64,000 bases of DNA from Nemertoderma westbladi (Eukaryota; Animalia; Xenacoelomorpha), in NCBI GenBank assembly GCA_032718475.1, contig JAUCBJ010007522.1:1-64000 (forward strand). Reading direction: 5' to 3'. Position 1 is the first letter of the stretch. Each line of letters starts with the position of its first letter. The notes beneath the pieces were generated by a model. The model saw only the letters and a list, made by a program, of their open reading frames with translations. It made no database searches and was not told the DNA's origin. Below are positions 47,468 through 59,108 of this stretch, in pieces. A program made the translations under genes and the position numbers.

Positions 47468-48663
47468 AGTAGTAGGAGAAGCATAGTTCCTCCATATCTC
47501 CTCCCTAGCTTGGGCTACGGCTCGCATCTCGGAGGCAATTAAAAAATGCCAAATTCCGGTGCTAAATCGCGGTGTTTAATGACCATCTGTCACCATCAGT
47601 ATTGTTGCCTTCAACCAATCGTTGCTTATCACCTACGCGTAGCCTAACCTCGCGATGCCTACCTTACTCGACAACTGTTACCACCCGTGAGTATTGATTC
47701 GCGTTGTTGCATCAACCAACCATCGCATATTCATCTTCGCATAACCTAACTTCTCATCGCATGGCTAGCCCCCACTACGCTATTATATCGAATCGATTGC
47801 CAACTCACCACCACCACCACCACCGTCGCTAGCCACGCACGGCTACTCTTCGACGGCTGTCGCCAAAACAATCAATCCAACCAACCAAGCGGCCTGCCTA
47901 CCCCAACGCTATTATGATACGTGTTGAAATTTCGCCACGTTCTAGCTACACGTATACGAATATTTCCATAGTAGTTACTCAAGCTAACCGATCCCGCAGC
48001 ATCTGTGCCATATTGAAAGGCTTCCACCGCTAACATTATACTGTGCGTTTTTTATTATAATAATTATTGATTATTACACACACGCACGCACACACACAAC
48101 CCTATGATTCATATTCTTTCACGTATTTCCTATCCACGCAATCAACCAACCAGCTATTCATCCACGTTGCTCCCCATCTCTTTTCTTATTCGTTGATGAT
48201 TATGACACGTACCATCTCTTCTTCGTTGACTATGCCACATCGCAAATTTTTATATATATAAGTGAATGTTTTTAATAAAATTCATCACTTGTAATCTTCT
48301 TCATGGTAATATGTTGATACCATATCTAATTTTTTTTGTTCTCACTCTGACATTGTGTTTTTTTTTTCCTTAATAATTTATACATTATCTTACGCGTTGT
48401 ATATTCGTTGGTCGGAAAACGACACCGCATAAAATGATACTGATTCCAGCATTGGGTATCGACTCAAAAACGAAAATCTGAGCTATGTGTCTCGCCCAAT
48501 CTTTGTTTTTGTGTCGATACCTAATGTCGAACTCAGCATCATTTTTCTCTGGCGTCGTTTTCCGACCAAACACAATTTTAGAGTGAGAACTATGGTGTCA
48601 ATTTATTACAGCGATACGGTTTAAAATTTATCACTTGTAATATTTTTCGTATTTATTATTATT

Positions 48664-49731
48664 ATGGCCTTAACGCAAAAAACCGGAGCAACAAATAGCT
48701 GAAAATTTACTTACAATAAATATACTTGTACCGTCGTTCACAGCAAGTATTTTATTGTGGAATCTCAGGAGGACAACGAATCCATTTGTTTTTCCCATCA
48801 AGATACCCGCTATTTGTTAGACATTCTAGAAACAACCAACAACAACAACCAACATCAATCCAGACCAGCAATTATACCAGGTAGGATATATCCTACTCCT
48901 CGTTTTGCGCGGGGAAATTTGAATATTTCCATCAACCCCACATCGGGTGATGTTTATGTTCAGAAACAAGGCAAATGTAAAGTTCTCAACAAAGCTTTTA
49001 CTGAAGTTCTAATTCAATACAGAGGGAAATTATTACAATTTCTCTCTCCACTGCTAGAGATTATTAGCGATCAATTCTACATTGAATTATCAAATCCAGA
49101 CTTTATTGGATTTGTAACAGCTTTTAAAGGAACCAACTATGTTGGCTTATGGAAAATCAGCCTCAGATACACTGATAGTGTTGGTTTTAACTATTATACG
49201 GGTTTCAATTTGTCAAAACAGGAACTAATTGTTTTGCTGCGAGAGTGGGACAACCAAGTCGCTGAAACAGACAAGCATCTTTTTGATAAAAATATCATTC
49301 AATTATCAGACCGTCTCAAAATGATTAAAACCAATAATAAAAAAATTATTATCACCAACACCGATAATTCTACTGAAGTAGGCGCCGGCGGAAATTCTAT
49401 CGAGTTGCATTACTTGAATGATAAAGCCCATATTAGTTTTCTCAAAGAATCGCTGGATGGCGTTTCTCTTACTGAAGCCCACGTTGACGGCTTTGTCCTT
49501 TTGGATAAACCTAAAGCTTTCGTAGAGATCCCATCACCTAATCCGGATGTTGAAGAGAGCTGCTCTCAACCGCAACAGGTCTTTCCTGAAATATTACCTC
49601 GGAAGCCAAGATCATCGAGTAAATTTACCAACGCATCACCTGCAAAGAAACAGAAAGTCGTCAGTAACCTAGGTTCAGTAGATCCAGTTACTAATTCTCC
49701 ATGGAAACCAGATTATTATTCTAACATGTAA
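48664..49731 (+). pseudogene. PC4-like protein, Polinton 2; TGA at codon 13 (48700-48702)
   Basis: MALTQKTGATNS*KFTYNKYTC aligns to copy 1 MDLFKKTSSNTWKFTFNKYTC; FVTAFKGTNYVGLWK..YYTGFNLSKQEL; NLS-like PAKKQKV. Confidence 0.65.
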
Positions 49732-49920
49732 ACCTGATCATAAGTTAAACTCTTTGCGGTTTCCAATAGTCATAAGCGATTGGTGATTGGTTTAAAATTA
49801 TTTCCCTCGCTAGCATATAAATGTTTAGATGTAGTCAATATCATTTCATTTCATTTCATTTTATTTTAATTTTTTGGAGATATTTTATTATTATTATTAT
49901 TTATCTAAACAAACTTCAAC

Positions 49921-52900
49921 ATGGATAAAATAACAATATGTTGTTCATTCTGTCATATGAATGTAACTAGACATAATTATTTACGCCACCTACGGTCACA
50001 TTTTGAAGGTTATTCTTGTTTAAAGTGTCATGTCGTGACTTCATGCAGCGAAATTTGTAAACGACATGAAACGACTACTGGTTGTAAAGAAATGCAGTTC
50101 CACACCTATCAATTGACTTGTTCTACCTGTAATAAAGAGTATACATATGACGATTATCTACGACACGACTGTCACTTGAAATGTTACTACACAAGAAAGC
50201 GTAAATTTTCGCAACATAAAAATATAATATCCAGAAAAAACTTAAGGGTGGCTCTTGGCACATGCGCAACAATTTTTACGAGGGAACAAGAAGCTCACGA
50301 TAATCGTCTTGAAATTTATGTCCACGACCTCCCAACTTCTAGAGATTATCCCGATGTAGAAACAGCATTAACGCAAATTCGAGGTAATATTCTTCAGTTA
50401 ATATTAGACAGATTGAAAGAAATGAATGTTCTTAGACTGTGGTTAGGTCTAAATGTATTAATGTACAGATCACATTTTTCACAAGGTGAGCAATTGGAAA
50501 CCTTTTATTTTAATTCTTCCGGTGGTGCTATTAATACTGTAGATTCACCGCAAAGTTTTGAGACATGGTTTGAGTATGTTTTGGAAAATATATTACAAAA
50601 AATAGCCATCTTTAACACACGTGGTTCGGGGTGGCGTATTAAATCTTTATTAAGGGTTGAAATTAAATTAGCTGAATCTAAGTGTAGCTCGTTACTATAT
50701 AAGGGGCATGGGTATATGGAATTACCTAAGGCTTTATCAGTTAAAAAATGTGTTATAAATGTACAATCGGCTGATAATAACTGTTTTAAATGGGCAATTA
50801 TATCCGCAAAATTTAGTAGCAAAGTGAAGATAAACAAAAACCGTACTTCATCGTACAAAAATTATATGAGTCATTTCATTTTTGACAATGGGAACAAAGA
50901 TTATCCAACGCAGTGGCAGTTAGCTATTAAACTTTTTGAAAAACAAAATTCAAAATATATAATTAATTTATTATGTTGGAATAACGACAAAAAACGCACC
51001 CCGGTATCTATATTAAGACAACCTCCGTTTAGTAAAATTACACCCGATAAACAGTTATTAAATATATTACTTGTAGTAAAAAATAACAATGTACCTAAAC
51101 AGAATCATTATGTTTCCATAACTAACTTGAATCGATTGCTGAATACGACAGCTCTTCATATCCAAAATAGGAAATATTGCGAAAGGTGTTTGGCTCATTT
51201 TTTTCGAGCGGAAGTTCTTCATCAACACCATCTTGCATGCTACCAAGGAAGAAGTCAGCGGGAGACACTACCTAAAAAAAGAACACACATTAGTTTTACA
51301 AATTTAGATAGAACCTTATCCCCATTGTTTGTCACCTACTTTGATATATAATGTATCTTACAACCGTCAGTTAATAATCAAATTATACAGGAGCATATAC
51401 CGTGTGCTGTGAGTTATTTAATTGTTCCCAATACTGAATTAATTGACCCTCCAAAATGTCATTTGAAAACATTTGTAAAGACAAATAATAATAATTGTAT
51501 TCAAGATTTCTTAGATTCATTATATACTGATATAACTGAATTATGTTGTTGGTCAGACATATACACTCATAAAACTATGTCATTTACTAATATTGATTTT
51601 GTAAATTTTGAACAAGCAAAATTTTGTTTTTATTGTAATGTTACTTTAAATAATAAAGTAGGGAAAAACAGACATCATTCACATATTACAGGTAAATATA
51701 TTGCGGCAGCCTGTAATAGTTGTAACCGAAGTTTATCGTTGAAACGATACCTGTATGTACTTTGCGGACACAATTCCAACAACTATGATATACATTGTAT
51801 ATTACAAAGCGGATTTAGAGATAAGAAATACACTGATTGGGATATAAAGGTTATACCGAGAAATACAGAACGATATATTTCAATGAGTGCCTTTATCCCA
51901 ATTAAAAACACTTCTAAGAAAATTGAGTTACGTTTCTTAGACACATATCAATTTTTAAGCTTTTCTTTAAGTAATTTAGTTGAGTGTTCAACAAAGGATG
52001 TAGCCAGTCATGATATAAGCTCAATTTTACCTATTACTCTACAAGAAATGAAATATTTTTATCCAAACTTGAATAACTCAACGATTAAACGGAAAGGAGT
52101 ATTTCCATACGAGTACTTGACAAATATTAATAAATTTAATGATACTGGTTTGCCGTCTATAAATAATTTTTTTAGTAACTTAAGTCAAAAAACATGCACA
52201 ATTGAAGATTATAGGTTTGCGGGAATATCATGGGTAGAATTCGACTGTATGAATCTCAAAGATTATCTTTTAGCCTATTTAAAACTCGATGTTTGTTTGC
52301 TTGCCGATATATTTGAGAATTTTAGGAATGTTTGTAAACAAAATTACGATTTAGAAGCGGTTTTTTACTGCAGTATCGCGTCATTTACCTATGATTGCGC
52401 GCTAAAATATAATAAATGTAAAATAGAATTAATAAAGGATTATCAGACATATAGAGATTTTGAAAAATCAATTAGGGGTGGTGTTTCATTTTGTCGAAAA
52501 CATTATATAGAATCAAATATACCAGGTACAAGTACATATGATTCTACTAAGGAAGAATGCCATATTTTTAATATTGATTTCAACTCTTTATATTCTGGGA
52601 ATTTAAGTAAAAAACTACCCACCTCACAATTCAAAGAAGTAAGTATTAAACATTTAGAGAATGCAATACCAGAAAAACTAATCGAGTACTTGGTAGATTT
52701 AGATATTGAGGGATCTACTGGATATTTTTTAATATGTGATTTAAATTATCCCAAGGCTATTCACGATCAAACATTACAATTACCGTTAGCCCCCGAGCAT
52801 TTAAGTATAAATGAATCAATGCTTTCACCTTATATGAGGGAACAATTTAATAACTTGTCGATACAAAGAGATACCTCCCGTAAATATAGAATGTCTATAC

Positions 52901-53976
52901 CAAAACTCATGCTGACACAATTTGATAAAGAGTTTTATCATTTACATTTGAAACTGTTAAAATTTTATATAAAACATGGATTAATTGTTACTAAACTACA
53001 TAAATTATATTCTTTTCAACAAGAATTTGTATTTAAAAATTACATCGATTTTAATATTAATCAAAGGCGACTGGCAAAAAGTTATATTGAAACAGCTGTC
53101 GCGAAATTGCTCAATAATTCGCTGTTTGGCAAATCAATAGAGAGGATACGTGACCGATGTAACTTTCGTATCGCAAATAGCAACGATAAATGCGATCAAT
53201 TGGTAAATCGTATTAATCATGAACAATTTATAATATACAATAATACACTATCGGGGCATTTATTAGTGAAAGACTCTGTAACTCTCGATAAGCCTATATT
53301 TATTGGTAGCGCTGTGTTGGACTTGGCTAAATTGGATATGTATGATCTGTATTACAATAAATTGCTACCTATTGAGAAAGAATTAAACTGTCGTATTGAA
53401 ATTGCTGCGTCAGACACTGACTCTTTGATAGGCTGTTACTATAATACATCGCAGAATAATTTTTTTAAAGCATTAATTAAAAATAATATTTTAGATACAT
53501 CCAATTACCCTAAGGATCACCCGCTCTACAGTGATAAAAATAAATCTAGGCTCTATTACTGTAAAGACGAACTAGCCTCACGTGAAATTAAACAAGCAGT
53601 ATTTTTAAGACCAAAATTATATTCAATTTTGGAATGGAATAATAAAAATATTCGTAGAGCAAAAGGTATTACAAGAGCTGTTGTGGAAACGAATATTACA
53701 CATGAAGAATATTTAAAAGCATATAACTCAAATGAAGAAATAAAAAAAAACATACACAGATTTCAATCTAAATTACATCGTATTTATACCTTAAAGCAAA
53801 ATAAATTTGCGCTCAGCAGCTTTGATGATAAACTTTATTGGCTTAATAAAAATCAATCGCTTCCTTGGGGGCACTATAAAACAAACCTCAAAAAACCTAT
53901 AAAAATATCAAATATACCAATTTATGAAGAACCAAAAGACGATGGTGTTGATGATGAATTATCAAATAGTAAATAA
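49921..53976 (+). pseudogene. polB: pPolB, Polinton 2; single in-frame TAA at 51349-51351
   Basis: YFDI*CILQP versus YFDIESILEP in copy 1; both ORF halves in the same frame; all polymerase motifs as in copy 1. Confidence 0.96.
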
Positions 53977-54505
53977 AAATATAAGTTGTAAGCAGATTAT
54001 TTATGGACTTAATTTGAAAGAATTAAAAAATCAATTGAATGGTAAAATTGTACTCAAACCTAATCAGTTTATATATAAGGTATTTGGTGCAACTATATTA
54101 ATGTTTACAAATGGACGAATAACAATTCTCGGTAGAAAATATAATTTTAATAAAGTGAAAAAACATATATTAGAAAAAACAAACATTAATTTGATTTTTA
54201 AATCAATCAATTTGTGTACTTATATTTTTAGTATCGATACTGTAATTTATAGGTTACTTATAAACAATATCGGGTTTTATGTTATATTTGATAATGTTAA
54301 ACTAGAAATTTCATACGACCCTGAAATATTCAATAACTGTAAAGTCAGAATAAATAATATTGTTGTTGTTTGCTGTTTCTACACTGGTAAATGTACATTA
54401 ATGTGTTCCCCGTTTAAATTTCATATATATTATCCTATTTTCAACAAGCTGGTTAATAATTTATTATTGTTTGGTGTGGGGGTTTTTGATGTAAAATATA
54501 ATTAG
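53954..54505 (+). CDS. TBP-like protein, Polinton 2
   Basis: MNYQIVN start matches copy 1; PNQF..ATILMFTNGRITILG and SYDPEIF..CCFYTGKCTLM; same 23-nt overlap with the polB 3' end. Confidence 0.8.
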   Translation: MNYQIVNKNISCKQIIYGLNLKELKNQLNGKIVLKPNQFIYKVFGATILMFTNGRITILGRKYNFNKVKKHILEKTNINLIFKSINLCTYIFSIDTVIYRLLINNIGFYVIFDNVKLEISYDPEIFNNCKVRINNIVVVCCFYTGKCTLMCSPFKFHIYYPIFNKLVNNLLLFGVGVFDVKYN

Positions 54506-55208
54506 TACGAATGAAATTTATTGTTGTTGCTGTTTGGTGGTGGAGATTTTTACTGTAAAATATATATATTAAATTGAAGGGAGAAGAAATTTATGAATAT
54601 TTTTTTAAAATCAATAACTAGTTTGAGGAGGGAAATTAACTTCAGTAGCGCGATTGTTTCTTGTAACACTCAAGTAGGCATAGTATACTCAGCAGCCGCG
54701 GCTAGCTAACTTTGCATTGTTGCTCACGAGTGAGCCACAATAGCGCATCTGTTACTTATGAGTGTGCGAGTATACAGCAGGCAACGCTAAGCTCAGTGAG
54801 AAAAGATTAGGGGTATGTGCTGATATTCATAGTCAAAGACGATGCCATCCTATCTGTTACTAGTCTGTATACCGGTACATATCATTAAAACATCCGCTAT
54901 GCATCTCCCTACATTCAGAATAGAACAACAATCAGAGCATATATCGCTAATCCGCATGGGAAAGGTTTATGTTATGCATTTTGTTAACTATGAGAATTTT
55001 GTAATGTACACATCTGCGACCCTCTACAAAAATATATATAAACTCAATTTTTCTGACAGTGTGAACTATAATTTTGTTAAACAAAAGAAAAAAAAATATC
55101 AGTAGGCTTACGGTACCTATTCAATTTAAAGATACTCTTTCTAGTACCGGTACCTAGTTACGACGACGACGACGACAACGACAACTTACCTCAACTGTCA
55201 ACTCGAAG

Positions 55209-55595
55209 ATGACATTCGCCTTTTTCAATAACCGTGAGTTGAAAAGTAGTATAAAAATCGAATTACAATCATGCGACGAAATGTATCTCACTGCATCAAA
55301 TATTGCTGAGATGGAGTTACGATATATTAACAAAAAATTCGAGATTGGATTCACTTCGATAGAATATGAAGTTGGTCAAGTACAGGTAGATGGTCTACCT
55401 TTATCCCCAACAACAGTTGAAATTTCAAAAGATTTCTCGCTAGTTATAAAGATACAACCATCGCGAATATCGGGAAGCTCAGCTTCTAACGAAAATTGGG
55501 AGAATGATAGAGATGACACACTTCACTTCAATATACCAACGCAAAGACCGGTAATGGAGGAAACTCTACAGGAGGACTCACATATAGGACTATAA
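55209..55595 (+). CDS. Hypothetical acidic Polinton accessory protein
   Basis: 128-aa ORF with protein-like composition, AATAAA downstream at about 55687; no recognisable motif. Confidence 0.4.
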   Translation: MTFAFFNNRELKSSIKIELQSCDEMYLTASNIAEMELRYINKKFEIGFTSIEYEVGQVQVDGLPLSPTTVEISKDFSLVIKIQPSRISGSSASNENWENDRDDTLHFNIPTQRPVMEETLQEDSHIGL

Positions 55596-55720
55596 AAAGT
55601 ATAGACCTAATACAGTAATAAATTTAGGGTTGTTGTTATTGTTATTGTTAGGCCTATCAGTTATTGTTATAAATTTATTAAACATAAATAAATTAACTAT
55701 GTTTTATATAGTACCCCCGT

Positions 55721-56105
55721 CAACATAGAGTGAATGTTAGTAACAGAGAATGGGGTGGATTTTATATAGGCTTAGTTAGGTATACTGCGGGCCACACCTA
55801 TTGTATCCGCGTGGAGCCATTATATGACTGGTTGAATGATGGGGTTCCTGACTAAAAGTTAACGGTATAGCATACAACATAAAGTGAATGTTGAAAGTTA
55901 GTAACAGAGAGTGCGAGGGGATTTTATAGGTCCAATAGCGCTACCGGTACCTAACTACACCTATTGTGTCTGTGAGGTAGTCAGCTTTCAGTTGAGGAGT
56001 AGTCATTAGGCCTATATGCCTAACCGAATGAAGGTGTACCTTACCTATCCGTAAACCATATTGGGTCAACATGCGAAAAAGGGCCCCGCATAAAGTTAAC
56101 TATAG
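55721..56105. repeat. Two degenerate tandem units in Polinton intergenic region
   Basis: CAACATA.AGTGAATGTT..AGTAACAGAGA..ACACCTATTGT..AAAGTTAAC repeated from 55721 and 55875. Confidence 0.65.
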
Positions 56106-56468
56106 CTGTATAGGCTTACCTATGCAACAGTAGCACGCAGTAATGTAGATTAGACCAATTAAAGTTGTAAACAGAAAATTGGAAGCATTCAAGTGTAATA
56201 GCCTAATCCTTAAATCAAAGAAACCAGCATACTCTTACGCTATCCAAGTATACAGGTACAAGAGTGCTACCGTGCCGGTACCAGTAGCCCTATTGTTAGG
56301 TAGGCCTCCTCTAATGCTGTATTCACAAACCCCGCATCTCAACTTAATTTAATTTTATTATTAGTAAGTACGGTACCGGTAACGCTAAAGCTCTGTGGTT
56401 GCTGTCGGGGGCCATTCTGTCGTTCTACAGTTAAACTCTGATACAACCGCCGGCTACCGGTAGGTGCA

Positions 56469-56604
56469 GGGTGTGTGTGTGTGTGTGAGTGTGTGTGTGT
56501 GTGTGTGGGTGTGTGGGGTGTGTGTGGGGGTGTGTGTGTGTGTGTGTGTGTGTGTGGGGGTGTGTGTGTGTGGGTGTGTGGGGTGTGTGTGTGTGTGTGT
56601 GTGT

Positions 56605-56637
<33 letters not shown>

Positions 56638-56662
56638 GGTGTGTGTGTGTGTGTGTGTGTGT
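56469..56662. repeat. Interrupted (GT)n microsatellite
   Basis: About 190 bp of GT with GG/GGGG interruptions. Confidence 0.98.
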
Positions 56663-56760
56663 AAACTGAGATATAAAAAAATAGATTTTAATGTTTTTAT
56701 TATTTTTATTGACATTAAAACAATTATATTATCCCATCACATTACATGCTTAGAGTAAAC

Positions 56761-57360
56761 CTACAGTACATCTTCCACCGCAGTTATTTCTTTCTGTTTA
56801 TCATCATCATCAGCCGCAGTTAAACGCTTTCTCATGAAAAAGTGTAGAGCCTCATACCCGCCAACACGTTTTGCTGAGCAGTATCGCAGACAGTTATCCC
56901 TTATGTTTAAGTGAAACGAGCATTTACTTTCCACTGTAGTAAATCGGTCGTGGAACCGGCATGGGGTTAAATAATCGTGATATTGCTTATATATTCCCAA
57001 TTTCTCAACCAAATTTGGCTCGAGAACATCGAGTTGGGAAACTAATATTGCCCGCTTCATCAACCCAAATACATGAATATTTTTTTTATATTTTAAATGT
57101 CTCTTCATATATTTTTTAAAGTCGTCTTGAGAAATGTCCCCGTAGTTCCAGGGCAAGTGAGAAGTCATATCACGTAAATTGTTTACGTGAGCTGCATCTA
57201 AAGCTGATAACTTAATATTAGACGGGCCTTTAATTAAAAACGTCTTTACATTAGTTTTGGTGTAATTAGAATCATATATTGCAAATTCTTTAAATACTAC
57301 CGGATACTCTTTATTGTCTATCTTATAGTATTGAAAATCAACAAAAATAATATTATCCAT
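56761..57360 (-). CDS. DEDD-fold (Maelstrom / arenavirus-NP exonuclease-like) zinc-binding protein
   Basis: IIFVDFQ, FKEFAI, SHLPWNYG, IHVFG..K, CSFH..YCS pattern; the acidic catalytic set looks degenerate. Confidence 0.55.
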   Translation of the reverse strand: MDNIIFVDFQYYKIDNKEYPVVFKEFAIYDSNYTKTNVKTFLIKGPSNIKLSALDAAHVNNLRDMTSHLPWNYGDISQDDFKKYMKRHLKYKKNIHVFGLMKRAILVSQLDVLEPNLVEKLGIYKQYHDYLTPCRFHDRFTTVESKCSFHLNIRDNCLRYCSAKRVGGYEALHFFMRKRLTAADDDDKQKEITAVEDVL

Positions 57361-57400
57361 TTTATCTGATAAACAAAAGTTAAATAATTAATTACAAAGT

Positions 57401-57844
57401 TTATTGGTTTAATTTATAATAATTAACAAGCCATTTATATAATATTATTTCATTGATTTCCACATTATTTGTAAACGCTCTCATTGGATAGTTTGTGTCA
57501 ATTCGATTTACTAAGTAATAGAGACAGTATAGACCGCATGTGGTCCTCCTGGGGTCTTGAAATTGTTTGCGTGTAGTACGCCACCTTGCGGAATTTTTCT
57601 CAAGCCATTTTTCGATGCATCTGTTTGGATATTTTGGTCCAAACGAGTCAAATACTTCGGCCTCATTATCTCGTATATATATCGCGATCCAATGAATCCC
57701 AGGCAGATGTTGTTTATCGGTATTTACTATCAAACCATAATCCTGCCGCTTATTATTATCTAATTTAGGTAATTTGTTAGCTGGAAACGCACCCAAATAG
57801 TGACCACCCACTGGAAACATATCAAGGTCCTCTGTAGATAACAT
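57401..57844 (-). CDS. Adenain-like cysteine protease (Polinton PRO)
   Basis: IVNTD..PGIHWIAI, FDSFG, Q..TTCGLYC (His-Asp-Gln-Cys). Confidence 0.95.
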   Translation of the reverse strand: MLSTEDLDMFPVGGHYLGAFPANKLPKLDNNKRQDYGLIVNTDKQHLPGIHWIAIYIRDNEAEVFDSFGPKYPNRCIEKWLEKNSARWRTTRKQFQDPRRTTCGLYCLYYLVNRIDTNYPMRAFTNNVEINEIILYKWLVNYYKLNQ

Positions 57845-57846
57845 AC

Positions 57847-59106
57847 TTAATCGATATGTATTTCTTTCCTGCTATTTAAACTTAATGATTGATCATAAAT
57901 ATTAAAAACGATTACATTTATGGTTTCAACCAACGGTTCGGCAAATCTTAATTTTAATTGACCGTTAGTATATATCGACGGTTGCGGATCTCTAACATAG
58001 CCGTCGGCGGTTAGGTCCCAGGATAGGAGGGGACAATTACCTAAGTAGGTTTCATGGTCTATATTATTACCTCCATAACCGTTAATATATGTATTAATGT
58101 TCTTCATTAATTGAGTATACTCAAAAATATATGTTCCATCTGTAAAATTAGGTTCGTATATTACACCCCCTACTGGAAGACCGTCTACAATCAGTTCCGC
58201 GCGTCTAAGGTTAAAATGTTCAAATTTCAATGGATTACTAATTAATTCTCCCGAATAAGCGTTATTTGTTATGAAGCCGATAATAACTAATTTGGGTTTT
58301 TTACCATCAAATATGTTTGTTTGGGTGTAATTTGTGGTTTGAGCGGGAATAGTAAATGTTGTCACCTCTTTCTTTTGGAATTGATATTCAATATCGTAAC
58401 TCTCTAAACCTTTTAGGTGACTGCTTTCTATTACAGGATTAACCTCCATTCTAGGGATTAGAATTTTTATTTCATCTAATTCTAGACGAAGATTTGTCAC
58501 GGCGTTTGCGTTTGGAGTGATTTTAAAAATAAACGAATTTGATACTTTTCTAAAATGCATTCTTAAATCATACCCAGGTTGTATTATTTTAGTTTCAGTA
58601 TCAAAATCAATCGTCAATCCACTTACAAATTGCATTTGTTTACTAAAGGCATCGGCAATAGGATGCGCGCCGGGATCAATTTCATTTCCGTGTTCGGATA
58701 AAGGCTGTTGAAAACCGCCCGCCCCCAGTAACCCATTTTTATCCTCGTAAGTTGTAAATAGTAAATTGGATAAGTACGACTTGTAGAAATAATGGTTATT
58801 GCTATTTTCAACCTGCTTCTCATTAAGGTCTATTTTAATATCACTCCACATAGTTTCAGCTGGGTAATTCAGCATATATATATGAGAGTTTTCAAGTCGC
58901 CTATCCCAGCGTACTGTACATTTTGTAATTAATAACGCATCTTGCAGTTTCGTATAGAATTCATTGGATCTTGGGACAAGGAACGTGACCTCCCTAGATT
59001 CAGTTCGGAGATTGGATACTGGATAAATTGTTTCATAATGCTTTGCTTTAAATTCAGTCTGTATTGGTTGTGTAGAAAATAAATCTAATTCCTTAATAAT
59101 TGACAT
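57847..59106 (-). CDS. Double jelly-roll major capsid protein (PY/hexon-like)
   Basis: ELDLF..PIQT, YPV, Y.YKSYL, PKLVIIGF..AYSG...NPLKFEHFNL, WDLTAD, G.LKLRFAEPL; 419 aa next to the protease. Confidence 0.9.
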   Translation of the reverse strand: MSIIKELDLFSTQPIQTEFKAKHYETIYPVSNLRTESREVTFLVPRSNEFYTKLQDALLITKCTVRWDRRLENSHIYMLNYPAETMWSDIKIDLNEKQVENSNNHYFYKSYLSNLLFTTYEDKNGLLGAGGFQQPLSEHGNEIDPGAHPIADAFSKQMQFVSGLTIDFDTETKIIQPGYDLRMHFRKVSNSFIFKITPNANAVTNLRLELDEIKILIPRMEVNPVIESSHLKGLESYDIEYQFQKKEVTTFTIPAQTTNYTQTNIFDGKKPKLVIIGFITNNAYSGELISNPLKFEHFNLRRAELIVDGLPVGGVIYEPNFTDGTYIFEYTQLMKNINTYINGYGGNNIDHETYLGNCPLLSWDLTADGYVRDPQPSIYTNGQLKLRFAEPLVETINVIVFNIYDQSLSLNSRKEIHID

Positions 59107-59108
59107 TA

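Noticed and set aside
321-54505. One giant element with the two polB blocks as inverted repeats
   Set aside because: The copies are substantially diverged and each has its own distinct inward-facing terminus (7477, 47468), so they are independent insertions.
56431-56758. His/Thr- and Cys/Val-rich ORFs
   Set aside because: Translations of the GT microsatellite.
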